Shown one piece after another: positions 46,618 to 56,608 of a stretch of 64,000 nucleotides of DNA. The stretch is taken from positions 33,580 through 97,579 of the forward strand of contig JAIXPD010000073.1 in assembly GCA_027486405.1 (NCBI GenBank). The letters run 5' to 3'. The translations under genes were made by a program, and so were the position numbers. Position 1 is the first letter of the stretch. Each line of letters opens with the position of its first letter. The notes beneath the pieces were generated by a model. It was not told where the DNA came from and did no database searches. It worked only from the letters and a program-made list of their open reading frames with translations. The DNA comes from Azospirillum sp. GTDB lineage: Bacteria > Pseudomonadota > Alphaproteobacteria > Azospirillales > Azospirillaceae.

Positions 46618-49600
46618 TTGCGCGTGTCAGGAGGAGATTCGTTGTCTGACCCTGTTGCCGCGTTGGTGCGCGACCCGTCTCGCTCCTCCGACGAAGCCCG
46701 GCTTTACCGGATGCAGTTTCTCGCGTCGCTGTCGCTGGTGACGGTGCTGGTGCTTGGCCTGGGTTTCTATTTCGTCTGGCAGCATTGGGCGGATTTCGAA
46801 ACCGACTTGCACCAGTCGGAAACGCGCTATCTCCAGGAACAACGCCAGGCGTTGGAGCAGGAGGTGGAGAACGCGCGCTCCTATCTGGCCTACATGCGCT
46901 CGCGCACCGAACCGCTGCTGAAGGAGCAACTCCGCTCCCAGGTGGACGAGGCCTACGCCATCGCCCGCAGCGTCTATGAACGGCAAAAGGATGTGCTGCC
47001 CGAAGCGGCGGTGAAGGAATCGATCAAGGACACCCTGCGCCCGCTGCGCTTTTCCAACGGTCGGGGGTATTACTTCATCAACGATCCGGTCGGCACCACG
47101 GTGCTGATGCCCATGGAACCGTCGCGGGAAGGCTGGTCGCCCATCGGCTCCACCGACACGGCGGCGGCCAAGGTGATGCAGGAGCTGCTGCGCGCCGCGC
47201 ACGATCCGCATCTGCGCGGCTTTGCCCGCTACCGCTGGGGCATGCCCGAAAACCCGGCCAAGCCGGTGGACAAGATCGCCTATGTCCGCCGCTTCGAACC
47301 GTTTGACTGGATCATTGGGGCCAGCGATTCGATGGCGGCGGTGGAAGCCAAGCTGCAACAGGAATCGCTCGACCGCCTGCGGTCCTTCCGATTCGGTGAA
47401 AGCGGCTATGTCGGCGTCCTGCGCGAGGATGGCAAGGTTCTGCTGTCGCTGACCTCGCCGACGGCGGAGGGGCTGAACGCCGCCGATTTGCCGTGGCAGG
47501 TGGAACGCGATCTGGTCATGCAGTTCCTCGACATCGCCCGCAAGGGCGGTGGGGAGATCCGGTACGACTGGGTTCATCCCGTGACCGGGCGGCCAACCCC
47601 CAAGATGGCTTACGTCTCCGCCCCCGGCGTGTGGGGCTGGTCGTTGATCGCCGGATTCTACATCGACGACGTGGCGCGGGAGATGGAGGCGCGGCGGGCC
47701 GAAATCAGCCGGGGCGTGGACCAGCGCGTGTTGACCACGGTGGCCGTGCTGGGCGTGGCGCTGGCCGCGTCGGTCGGGGTGTCGTGGCTGGTCACGGGCT
47801 GGATTCGGCGGCTGGTCCACAAATACGAAAGCAGCATGCGGCGCAGCGACACCATGCTGCGCGAACGCGCGCGCCAGCTCTATCTGGCCAATTTCTTCGT
47901 CGATCACGTGTCGGAAATCGTCGTTCTGGCCGACGCCCAATTGCGCATCGCCTACATCAACCCCTTCGGCTGCGCCGCGCTGGGCAGCACGCTGGAGCAT
48001 CTGGTGATGGGGCAGGCGGATTTGCTGAAGCGATTCGCCGAAGGGCCGGACGACACCGCCGCCCATTACGAAACCGTCTACCGCACCCCGGACGGCCGCA
48101 CGCTGGAGCTGGAGGTCACGGCCAGCCGCATCGCCTATGAAGGCGACACCTATTACTCCGCCATCGCCCGCGACATCACCGAACGCAAACGGGCGGAGTG
48201 GGAATTGCGCCTGTCGGCCAAGGTGTTCGACAACGCCGCCGAGGGCATGTTCGTCACCAACGAACGCAACCGGATCGTCGCCGCCAACGACGCCTTCACC
48301 CGCATCACCGGCTACAGCCGGGACGAGGCGGTGGGGCAGGATCCGAAATTCCTCCGCTCCAACCGCCACGACCCGTCCTTTTTTCAGGACATGTGGGAGC
48401 AGTTGCAGACCAACGGCCATTGGGCCGGTGAAATCTGGAACACCCGCAAGAACGGCGAGGTGTTTCCGGAATGGTTGAGCGTGAAGGCGGTGGTCAACGA
48501 AACCGGGGCCGTCGTCAACTACATCGCCGCCTTCACCGACATCACCGAAACCCGCGCCCAAGAAGAGCGCATCCGCCATCTGGCGCAGTATGATTTCCTG
48601 ACCGACCTGCCCAACCGCTTCCTGCTGCGCGACCGCCTGGAACGCGCGATGCTAGCGGCGGAGCGCCACGGCAACAAGGTCGGGTTGCTGTTCGTCGACC
48701 TCGACCGCTTCAAGACCATCAACGACAGTCTGGGCCACGAGGTGGGCGACAAGCTGTTGCGCGAGGTCGCGGTGCGGCTTCAGGCCACGGTGCGGGCCAG
48801 CGACACGGTCAGCCGCCAGGGTGGCGACGAGTTCATCATCCTCATCAGCGACATGGACACCACCGACGCCGCCGGTGTCGTGGCCCGCAAGGTGCTGAAA
48901 GGGCTGTCCGAACCCTTCCTGATCGATGGGCACGAGTTGCAGGTGACGCCGTCCATCGGGGTGGCCATCTACCCGCAGGACGGGACCACCATCGACACGC
49001 TGCTGAAGAACGCCGACATGGCGATGTACGCCGCCAAGGATGGCGGCCGCGCCACCTATCATTTCTTCACGCCGGAGCTGAACCGCCGGGCGTCCGACCG
49101 GATGTGGACGGAAAACAACCTGCGCCGCGCGTTGGCCAACAATGAGTTGGAGCTGTTCTTCCAGCCGCAATTCGCCGTGGGCGGGCGTCGTCTGGTCGGG
49201 GCGGAGGCGCTGGTGCGCTGGCGTCAGCCCGACGGCACGCTCATCATGCCCGGCCAGTTCATCCCGGTGGCCGAGGACACCGGCCTGATCCTGCCCCTGG
49301 GCGATTGGGTGCTGGGGGAGGCCTGCCGCCGGGCGGCGGAGCTGTTGCAGCACCATGATCTGTTGATCGCCGTCAATCTGTCGGCGGTGCAGATGCGCCG
49401 CCCCGGTCTGGCCGACCGGGTGGCGGGCTGGCTGTCGGCCTACAACGTCCCGGCGGAGGCGCTGGAGCTGGAGGTGACGGAAAGCGTCCTGATGGACGAT
49501 TCCGAACTGGTCGCCGACACCTTCGCCCAACTGCGCGAAATGGGCGTGCAACTGGCCATCGACGATTTCGGCACCGGCTATTCCAGCCTCAGCTACCTCA

Positions 49601-49998
49601 AGCGGTTCCGGGTGGACAAGCTGAAGATCGATCGCAGCTTCGTCAACGAACTGAAGCCGGACGACCCTGACAGCGGGGCCATCGCCGAGGCGATCATCAG
49701 CATGGCCCGCTCGCTCAGCATGCAGACCCTGGCCGAAGGGGTGGAGACGGAGGAGCAATTCTCCTGCCTTGCCAACCTTGGCTGCGAGCAGATCCAAGGC
49801 TATCTCACTGGCCGCCCGATGCCGTACGACAAATTCGTGGCGTTCCTGAAGGCGCAAAACGGCGAAGACACCCCGCCGACGGACGGCCCGCACCGGGATG
49901 AGCCGCCAGCGCCGACCAAGCGGGAACGCGCGGTGGGTGTGGCTGGGGGGAGCAATGTCGCGGTCGCCGACGTCGCGGTGGCGGACGTGGCGGACTGA
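46618..49998 (+). CDS. Cache-PAS-GGDEF-EAL c-di-GMP enzyme
   Basis: Two periplasmic Cache-like repeats between TMs, PAS domains, intact GGDEF, AEAL, IDDFGTGYSSL. Confidence 0.93.
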   Translation: MRVSGGDSLSDPVAALVRDPSRSSDEARLYRMQFLASLSLVTVLVLGLGFYFVWQHWADFETDLHQSETRYLQEQRQALEQEVENARSYLAYMRSRTEPLLKEQLRSQVDEAYAIARSVYERQKDVLPEAAVKESIKDTLRPLRFSNGRGYYFINDPVGTTVLMPMEPSREGWSPIGSTDTAAAKVMQELLRAAHDPHLRGFARYRWGMPENPAKPVDKIAYVRRFEPFDWIIGASDSMAAVEAKLQQESLDRLRSFRFGESGYVGVLREDGKVLLSLTSPTAEGLNAADLPWQVERDLVMQFLDIARKGGGEIRYDWVHPVTGRPTPKMAYVSAPGVWGWSLIAGFYIDDVAREMEARRAEISRGVDQRVLTTVAVLGVALAASVGVSWLVTGWIRRLVHKYESSMRRSDTMLRERARQLYLANFFVDHVSEIVVLADAQLRIAYINPFGCAALGSTLEHLVMGQADLLKRFAEGPDDTAAHYETVYRTPDGRTLELEVTASRIAYEGDTYYSAIARDITERKRAEWELRLSAKVFDNAAEGMFVTNERNRIVAANDAFTRITGYSRDEAVGQDPKFLRSNRHDPSFFQDMWEQLQTNGHWAGEIWNTRKNGEVFPEWLSVKAVVNETGAVVNYIAAFTDITETRAQEERIRHLAQYDFLTDLPNRFLLRDRLERAMLAAERHGNKVGLLFVDLDRFKTINDSLGHEVGDKLLREVAVRLQATVRASDTVSRQGGDEFIILISDMDTTDAAGVVARKVLKGLSEPFLIDGHELQVTPSIGVAIYPQDGTTIDTLLKNADMAMYAAKDGGRATYHFFTPELNRRASDRMWTENNLRRALANNELELFFQPQFAVGGRRLVGAEALVRWRQPDGTLIMPGQFIPVAEDTGLILPLGDWVLGEACRRAAELLQHHDLLIAVNLSAVQMRRPGLADRVAGWLSAYNVPAEALELEVTESVLMDDSELVADTFAQLREMGVQLAIDDFGTGYSSLSYLKRFRVDKLKIDRSFVNELKPDDPDSGAIAEAIISMARSLSMQTLAEGVETEEQFSCLANLGCEQIQGYLTGRPMPYDKFVAFLKAQNGEDTPPTDGPHRDEPPAPTKRERAVGVAGGSNVAVADVAVADVAD

Positions 49999-50025
49999 GG
50001 CCGCGTCCGGCGACCGGCTTTCCTG

Positions 50026-50985
50026 TCAGCCGTCCAGCGCGTCGGCTGTCTCCGGGTGGGACAAGTCGGCGCGGATGATGGCGTCGCGCAACACCCCCCG
50101 CATCCACAGGCTGGCCGGGTCGCTGGTCGTGTCCCGCCGCCACACCATCGACACCCGGTAGCGCGGCAGCGCAATCGGGGCGGGGGACAGCGCCAGACCG
50201 GTGGAGGCGGCCAGGACGGCGGCGGCGTGCTGCGGCAGGGTGGCCAGCGCCGGAAGCCGCGACAGGAAGGCGGGCAGGGCGGAAAAATGGGTCAGCGCGG
50301 TGTGGATGCGGCGGGTCTTGCCCATGCCGCGCAACACCTGATCGACGATTCCCTCCCGCCCGGAAAAGGACACCAGCACATGCGGCCGGGCCAGGAAGGC
50401 GTCCAGCGGAATCGGCGGGGCGAGGCCGCACAGGGTGGGGTCGAACAGGCAGGCGTAGCCCGATTCGCCAATCTCCTCCTGCGCCAACCATGACCGGCCG
50501 GTCGGGCTGGCGACCACGGCAAGGTCGATCTCGCGCGCGTCCAGCATGGCGTCCAGCGTGTGGCGGTTGGTCTGGCGGAAGATCACCGACAAGTTGGGGG
50601 CCTCGGTCAACAGCCGCTCCGCGATCAACGGGCCGATGGCCAGCTCAAAATCATCGGACATGCCCAGGGTGAATTGCTGGACGCTGCTGGCCGGGTCGAA
50701 TCGCGTGGCCGAGGCAAAGGCCCCGTGGATCAGGCTGGCCCCGGTTTCCAGCCGTTCGGCCATCTCCTGCGCGCGTGGCGTCGGCTGCATCCCGCCGCGC
50801 GTGCGGATGAACAGGGGATCGCCGGTCGCCTCGCGCAGTCGGGTCAGGGCGGCGCTGACCGCCGATTGGCTGAGCGACAGGCGCAGGGCCGCGCGCGACA
50901 CGCTGCGCTCCTCCCAGATCGCCAGAAAGGCGACGGTCAGGTTGAAGTCGAAGCGGCTGATATCATGCAGATTGATGGTCCTCAT
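50026..50985 (-). CDS. LysR-family regulator
   Basis: DFNL..AF.AI.EERSVSRAA.RLSLSQSAVSAALTRLR HTH. Start uncertain. Confidence 0.92.
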   Translation of the reverse strand: MRTINLHDISRFDFNLTVAFLAIWEERSVSRAALRLSLSQSAVSAALTRLREATGDPLFIRTRGGMQPTPRAQEMAERLETGASLIHGAFASATRFDPASSVQQFTLGMSDDFELAIGPLIAERLLTEAPNLSVIFRQTNRHTLDAMLDAREIDLAVVASPTGRSWLAQEEIGESGYACLFDPTLCGLAPPIPLDAFLARPHVLVSFSGREGIVDQVLRGMGKTRRIHTALTHFSALPAFLSRLPALATLPQHAAAVLAASTGLALSPAPIALPRYRVSMVWRRDTTSDPASLWMRGVLRDAIIRADLSHPETADALDG

Positions 50986-51056
50986 CAGAAACATGAGTTT
51001 GATCGATGACCCGACCGGGCGCAACTCTGCTGTTCCCACCGTTGGAGATGTCCCTC

Positions 51057-52094
51057 ATGCCCACGCCGTTCCCGTGTCCCACCCCCGGCCTGCGCCGGGT
51101 GGCCGTTGTCCAAGCCGGATCGAGCCTGTTCGATCTGCCCCGCACGCTCGACCGGATGGAGGCGCTGTGCGACCGCGCCGCGCAGCAGGGGGCGGAACTG
51201 GTCGTCTTCCCCGAGGCCTATGTCGGCGGCTACCCCAAGGGGCTGGATTTCGGTGCCCGCGTCGGCACCCGCAGCGCCGCCGGGCGGCAGGATTACGCGC
51301 GCTATTGGCAATCGGCGATCACGGTTCCGGGGCCGGAATGCCGCCGCATCGGCTCCTTCGCCGCGCGGATGCGGGCGCATCTGGTGGTGGGCGTCATCGA
51401 GCGCGACGGGGCGACGCTCTATTGCACCGCCCTGTTCTTCGGCCCGGACGGCGCGTTGCTCGGCAAACACCGCAAGCTGATGCCGACGGCCAGCGAGCGG
51501 CTGATCTGGGGCCAGGGCGACGGGTCCACCCTGCCGGTGGTCGACAGCCCGGTTGGCCGAATCGGCGCGGCGATCTGTTGGGAAAATTACATGCCCCACC
51601 TGCGCTGCGCCCTTTACGCCAAGGGCGTGACCATCTGGTGCGCGCCGACGGTGGACGAGCGCGACATCTGGCAAGCCTCCATGCGGCACATCGCCTATGA
51701 AGGGCGGATGTTCGTGCTCAGCGCCTGCCAGTATCTGACCCGGGCCGACGCGCCGGAGGATTACGACTGCGTTCAAGGCCACGACCCCGCCACCGTGCTG
51801 ATCCGGGGCGGCAGCGTCATCATTGGGCCGTTGGGCGATGTGCTGGCCGGGCCGGTCTATGACCGTGAAGAGGTGCTGGTCGCCGACATCGACCCGATGG
51901 ACGTCATCCGGGGCAGATACGACCTGGATGTGGTCGGGCATTACGCCCGCCCGGACGTGTTCGCCCTGACGGTGGATGAAACCCCGCGCGCGCCGGTGCG
52001 TTTTGCGGGAGCGACGCCCCAGGGCGAGCCGACGGCGGCCCCGGCGGAGCGCGCCGCCGAGTCGCCGCCGGTCACAGCAGACGCTGCGCCTTGA
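51057..52094 (+). CDS. Nitrilase (branch 1 C-N hydrolase)
   Basis: Glu-Lys-Cys triad: FPEA, HRKLMPT, ICWENYMP. Confidence 0.9.
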   Translation: MPTPFPCPTPGLRRVAVVQAGSSLFDLPRTLDRMEALCDRAAQQGAELVVFPEAYVGGYPKGLDFGARVGTRSAAGRQDYARYWQSAITVPGPECRRIGSFAARMRAHLVVGVIERDGATLYCTALFFGPDGALLGKHRKLMPTASERLIWGQGDGSTLPVVDSPVGRIGAAICWENYMPHLRCALYAKGVTIWCAPTVDERDIWQASMRHIAYEGRMFVLSACQYLTRADAPEDYDCVQGHDPATVLIRGGSVIIGPLGDVLAGPVYDREEVLVADIDPMDVIRGRYDLDVVGHYARPDVFALTVDETPRAPVRFAGATPQGEPTAAPAERAAESPPVTADAAP

Positions 52095-52965
52095 AACTGG
52101 TGTGCTTGCCACCCTTGCCGATGATCAGGTGATCGTGCACCGCCAGCCCCACCGCGTGGGCGGCGCGCACGATCTCCTTGGTCATGTCGATGTCGGCGCG
52201 GCTGGGGGTGGGATCGCCCGAGGGGTGGTTGTGCACCAGGATAACGGCGCTGGCCGACAACTCCAACCCGCGCTTGACCACCTCACGCGGGTAAACCGGG
52301 GTGTGGTCCACCGTGCCGCGCTGCTGCACCTCGTCGGCGATCAGGATGTTTTTGCGGTCCAGGAACAGCAGGCGGAATTGTTCGGTCGGTTCATGCGCCA
52401 TGGCCGCCGCGCAGTAATCGAGCAAGGCCTGCCAGGAGGCCAGCACCGGGCGGTCGATCACCCGCTGCTGCATCGCCCGCAGCGCCGCCGCTCCGACGAT
52501 CCGCACGGTGGCGACGGCGACATCGCTGTTCATTGATGCGCGATCAACCTTGAAGCCGCGCAGCCGCTCCGCCGGGGCGTTGACCACCCCCCACAGATCG
52601 CCAAAGGCTTGGATCAAAGTCTTGGCCAGCGGTTTCACGTCGCATCGTGGGATGGCGTTGAACAGCACCATCTCCAACAGCTCGTAATCCTCCAGCGCGT
52701 CGGCTCCCCGGTTCAGGAAGCGGCCGCGCAGGCGTTCGCGGTGGCCGGAATGGTGGTCGGCATCGTCGGTGGGCATTGTGGACGCGCCGGGTGAGGACGC
52801 GACGGGGGGGCGCGCGACGGGTGTGGCGTGCGGGACGTCCGGGAACAGTTCGGCGTTGCTCAGGGTGGCGCTGCGCAACCCGGCGTCGTTCAAACCGCCG
52901 CTTGCGGCGGCGCGCGCCGTCTCCGTTTGCTCGCTTGTGCTCTTCTTGCGTTTGCCGCCCGCCAT
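52072..52965 (-). CDS. radC: RadC/JAB-domain protein
   Basis: GHRERLR, YELLE, EQFRLLFLD, VHNHPSGDPTPSRAD, HDHLII. Confidence 0.92.
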   Translation of the reverse strand: MAGGKRKKSTSEQTETARAAASGGLNDAGLRSATLSNAELFPDVPHATPVARPPVASSPGASTMPTDDADHHSGHRERLRGRFLNRGADALEDYELLEMVLFNAIPRCDVKPLAKTLIQAFGDLWGVVNAPAERLRGFKVDRASMNSDVAVATVRIVGAAALRAMQQRVIDRPVLASWQALLDYCAAAMAHEPTEQFRLLFLDRKNILIADEVQQRGTVDHTPVYPREVVKRGLELSASAVILVHNHPSGDPTPSRADIDMTKEIVRAAHAVGLAVHDHLIIGKGGKHTSFKAQRLL

Positions 52966-53089
52966 TCGTTCATCGCCATACAAGTGTAGGGCGATCACTA
53001 TAGGGCTTGCGCGCGTGCGCGCCCAGAGGACACGCACGCAGAAAGCGCAGTGATGTGGCGATCAGGCCCTGGCGATCAGGCCCTGGCGA

Positions 53090-53905
53090 TCAGGCGGTGG
53101 TCTCGGGGTAGGGCGGCTTGGTGTGCCCGGCCGGGGACAGGGTGAAGATCTCCGCCCCGTCGGCGGTGACGCCGATGGAATGTTCGAACTGGGCGGACAG
53201 GGATTTGTCCTTGGTCACGGCGGTCCACCCGTCGCTGAGGATCTTCACGTCGTGGCGACCGGCGTTCAGCATCGGTTCGATGGTGAAGATCATGCCCTCG
53301 CGCAGCACCAGCCCCTCGCCCGGCTTGCCGAAATGCAGGACGGACGGCGGCTCGTGGAACACGCGCCCCAGCCCATGGCCGCAGAAATCGCGGACGATGG
53401 AAAAGCGGTTTTCCTCCGCGTGGGTTTGGATGGCGTGGCCGATGTCGCCCAGCGTGGCACCGGGCTTGACGGCGGCGATGCCCAGCATCATCGCCTCATA
53501 GGTCACGTCGATCAGCTTGCGCGCCTTCACGCCGACGTCGCCGCACAGATACATCCGGCTCGAATCGCCGTACCAGCCATCGACGATGGGGGTGACGTCG
53601 ATGTTCAGCACGTCGCCGTTCACCAGCCGCTTGTCGCCGGGAATGCCGTGACAGACGACGTGGTTGACCGAAATGCAGTTGGCGCGCGGAAAGCCGCGAT
53701 AGCCGAGCGGGGCGGGGATCGCCCCATGGTCGCGGATGAACTGTTCCAGAATGCGGTCAAGCTCGCCGGTGGTGATGCCCGGCTGAACATAGGGGCCGAT
53801 GAAATCGAGCGTCAGAGCGGCCAGACGACCGGCCTTGCGCATGCCCTCGAACCCTTCCGGGCCATGCAGCCGCACGCGGTTGGATTCGACGTTGTTGTGT
53901 TCCAA
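53090..53905 (-). CDS. map: Methionine aminopeptidase type I
   Basis: CISVNHVVCHGIP, DVT..DGWYGDSSR, GHGLG..FHEPP, TIEPM, AQFEH. Start uncertain (TTG at 53905 assumed). Confidence 0.95.
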   Translation of the reverse strand: MEHNNVESNRVRLHGPEGFEGMRKAGRLAALTLDFIGPYVQPGITTGELDRILEQFIRDHGAIPAPLGYRGFPRANCISVNHVVCHGIPGDKRLVNGDVLNIDVTPIVDGWYGDSSRMYLCGDVGVKARKLIDVTYEAMMLGIAAVKPGATLGDIGHAIQTHAEENRFSIVRDFCGHGLGRVFHEPPSVLHFGKPGEGLVLREGMIFTIEPMLNAGRHDVKILSDGWTAVTKDKSLSAQFEHSIGVTADGAEIFTLSPAGHTKPPYPETTA

Positions 53906-53964
53906 GACGAAAAGCCCCCAAGAGACAAGACCACGCGGGTGACGACACACGCCGACCGGCGGCG

Positions 53965-54687
53965 CTACAGCCGAACCGTCAGCGGATCCTGCAATTCAAT
54001 CGCGTCTGTCGTGATTGCGCAAGACCAACACAGCGCCTCGACCCCCGAATCCAGCGCCCGGCGCAGCGCGGCGTCATAGGCGGGATCGAGATCGCGAGCG
54101 ATTGTGAAATGGGTGCAGTCGCCGCGCTGGACAAGGTAGAGCATCACCGCCCGGTGCCCGTGGGCCACCATCGCCGACAATTCGGCCAGATGCTTGGCCC
54201 CGCGCGCGGTGACGCAATCGGGAAATTCGGCGGCCCGCCCGTCGCCCCGGTCGGGGCGGCGCAGATGGACGTTCTTGATCTCGACGTAGCAGAGCGGCCG
54301 GTCGGGGGCCTCCAGCAGCAGGTCGATGCGGGAATTGACGCCGTATTTCACCTCGCGCCGCAGCCGGGCGTAACCGGCCAGCTCCGGGATGGTCCCGGCG
54401 GCGATGGCGGCGGCGGCCAGCGCGTTGGGGTGGCCGGTGTTGACGCCGACCAGCCCCTCGCCCCAGGCCGGGACCGGCTCCACCAGTTCCAGCGTGTGGG
54501 CCAGCTTGCGTTTGGGGTTGTCGGAGCGCGAGAGCCAGACCACCGCGCCGGGCGTGTCCAGCCCGATCATGCTGCCGGAATTGGGGACATGGACCGTCAC
54601 CACCTCCCCGCCCAGATCGACGTCGGCGAGGAAACGTTTGTAGCGGCGGATCAGTCGGCCTTGAAGAAGGGGGGTGGGAAAGCGCAT
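53965..54687 (-). CDS. sfsA: SfsA nuclease
   Basis: [45 protein letters not shown]. Confidence 0.95.
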   Translation of the reverse strand: MRFPTPLLQGRLIRRYKRFLADVDLGGEVVTVHVPNSGSMIGLDTPGAVVWLSRSDNPKRKLAHTLELVEPVPAWGEGLVGVNTGHPNALAAAAIAAGTIPELAGYARLRREVKYGVNSRIDLLLEAPDRPLCYVEIKNVHLRRPDRGDGRAAEFPDCVTARGAKHLAELSAMVAHGHRAVMLYLVQRGDCTHFTIARDLDPAYDAALRRALDSGVEALCWSCAITTDAIELQDPLTVRL

Positions 54688-54765
54688 CGTGTGCGCCCGA
54701 CGCTACCCGCCCGCTCATGCGGGCGCAAGCGTGATCCCCGTCCCACTTCCCCGGAGCGCGTTCGG

Positions 54766-55518
54766 ATGAACCCCACCGCCGCCGTCCTCGTCATCGGCAA
54801 CGAAATCCTGTCGGGCCGCACCAAGGACGCCAACCTGCCCCACATCGCCGAAACCCTGGCGGGGATCGGCGTGCGCCTGCGCGAGGCCCGAATCGTGGCG
54901 GATGTGGAGGAGGAGATCGTCGCGGCGGTCAACGCGCTGCGCGCGCGCTATGACTATGTGTTCACTACCGGCGGCATCGGGCCGACGCACGACGACATCA
55001 CCTCGGCCTGCGTCGCCAAGGCGTTCGGTGTGGCGCTGGAACGCAACCCGGAGGCCGTCGCCCGGCTGGAGCGCCATTACGCCCCCGGCCAGTTGAACGA
55101 GGCGCGTTTGCGCATGGCCAACATCCCGGCGGGCGGGGTGTTGATCGACAACCCGATCAGCCAGGCCCCCGGCTTCCAGCTTGGCAACGTTTTCGTCATG
55201 GCCGGTGTCCCCAACATCATGCGCGCGATGCTGGACGGGGTGATTCCGCGTCTGGTCGGCGGGCCGGAGCTGCACGCCCGCACCGTCGCCTGCGAACTGG
55301 GGGAGGGGGTGATCGCCGCCGACCTCAGCGCCCTGCAAGACCGCCATCCCAATCTGGAGATCGGCAGCTACCCCTATTTCCGCGCGGGCTATTTCGGCGT
55401 CAGTCTGGTGCTGCGCGGGACCGACGAGGCGGAGGTGGCGGGGGCCGCCGACGAGTTGGCCGGGATCATCCAACGGCTGGGCGGCACGCCCACCGTCACG
55501 GTTGGGTCGAAGGGCTAA
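54766..55518 (+). CDS. CinA-like molybdopterin-binding-domain protein
   Basis: VIGNEILSGRTKDAN, TGGIGPTHDDIT, MAGVP. Confidence 0.88.
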   Translation: MNPTAAVLVIGNEILSGRTKDANLPHIAETLAGIGVRLREARIVADVEEEIVAAVNALRARYDYVFTTGGIGPTHDDITSACVAKAFGVALERNPEAVARLERHYAPGQLNEARLRMANIPAGGVLIDNPISQAPGFQLGNVFVMAGVPNIMRAMLDGVIPRLVGGPELHARTVACELGEGVIAADLSALQDRHPNLEIGSYPYFRAGYFGVSLVLRGTDEAEVAGAADELAGIIQRLGGTPTVTVGSKG

Positions 55519-55638
55519 GGGGAATCCCTGTTCGCGTCCCGATTCGCGCCCCGATTCGCACCAAGGGCGGGTTGCCGGTTGCGGCGGCCCGCCTATGTCC
55601 CTGTTCAACACGGGCCGCTGTCTTGATCGAGCCGCACC

Positions 55639-55884
55639 ATGAAACCTTTTGAAAAAGCCGCCATCCTGTTTCTGCTGCGCCACCTCGTCGCCGGTTTGTC
55701 CGGGGCGGTGGTGCTGGGCAGCGGTTTGCTGTGGTTCGATGTGGCGCGTCTGGCCACTCTGATCGGCAACAGCGACTACGCGGTCGAAGCGGTGGTCATG
55801 CTCTACGCCAGCCTGATGCTGACCTTCGGCAGCGTGGCCATGGGCATCGGCATCATGGCGCTGAACGAGGACAACCGGCCCTGA
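55639..55884 (+). CDS. Small two-TM hypothetical membrane protein
   Basis: 81-aa ORF with two hydrophobic segments. Confidence 0.6.
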   Translation: MKPFEKAAILFLLRHLVAGLSGAVVLGSGLLWFDVARLATLIGNSDYAVEAVVMLYASLMLTFGSVAMGIGIMALNEDNRP

Positions 55885-56253
55885 CCGCTTTGGCCTGATC
55901 TCAAAATCCGAAGGGGCCGAAACGGTCATACACCCAGACCAGAACCACCACCGCCGCCAGCCAGAGCGCGGCGTTGCGCAGGAGAACGCCCCGGTTCATC
56001 CGCAACGCCCCCGGAACCACCAGAACCGCCACCATCAGCAGTGCGGTGAGCGACAGCCAGTCAATCGAGTCCACGCGTCATCCCCTGTTTCGGATCGGTG
56101 TTGGTGATGCGATGGATATGGGGATGACGGGCGCGTTGCGCAGGGGTCTTGACCCGATCCCCTGCAATTGTCTAAGTCATGGCGACGCGATGGCGTGTGG
56201 CGTGTTGGTCTGTTCAATCCCAGCGGGCAAATCGCAACCATCCGTCGCCTTGT

Positions 56254-56338
56254 GCGGGCGTGGCGAAATCGGTAGACGCTAGGGACTTAAAATCCCTCGC
56301 CGTTAGGCATGCGGGTTCGAGTCCCGCCGCCCGCACCA
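56254..56338 (+). tRNA. tRNA-Leu (anticodon TAA)
   Basis: Acceptor GCGGGCG/CGCCCGC-A-CCA, D arm TGGCGAAATCGGTAGACGC, anticodon arm AGGGA-CTTAAAA-TCCCT, long variable arm, GGTTCGAGTCC. Confidence 0.96.
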
Positions 56339-56366
56339 TCCTTATGATGTGGTTTGACGTGGCTGG

Positions 56367-56477
56367 TCAGCTCGCCGCGCTTTTGGCTGTGAACTGGTCG
56401 AACGCCTCCACCGCCTGGGCGGCGTACATCACCGACGGTCCGGCCCCCATGTAGATCGCCATCCCCATCGTCTCCAT
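56367..56477 (-). pseudogene. 3' fragment of a carboxymuconolactone decarboxylase/AhpD-like gene, cut at the prophage edge
   Basis: METMGMAIYMGAGPSVMYAAQAVEAFDQF resembles the CMD-family C-terminus; the upstream in-frame sequence is unrelated and AT-richer. Confidence 0.72.
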
Positions 56478-56510
56478 GTGAAGAGAACCATGGTCTGACG
56501 TAGTGGAAAC

Positions 56511-56550
56511 GGCGGGATTTGGTGGGATTATCGGGGATTTGTCGGGACGG
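56511..56550 (+). repeat. Four 10-bp-phased NNNGGGAYKD repeats near the prophage end
   Basis: GGCGGGATTT GGTGGGATTA TCGGGGATTT GTCGGGACGG. Confidence 0.7.
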
Positions 56551-56608
56551 ACGCCTTGCAAACGTTGAGTATTTGGCCGCTGTCTCGCCATCGACGTCAA
56601 ACCATGCG

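Noticed and set aside
56254-56338. tRNA-Leu as the prophage integration site
   Set aside because: No integrase follows it, the tRNA is followed by host CMD-gene sequence, and the element encodes a DDE transposase.
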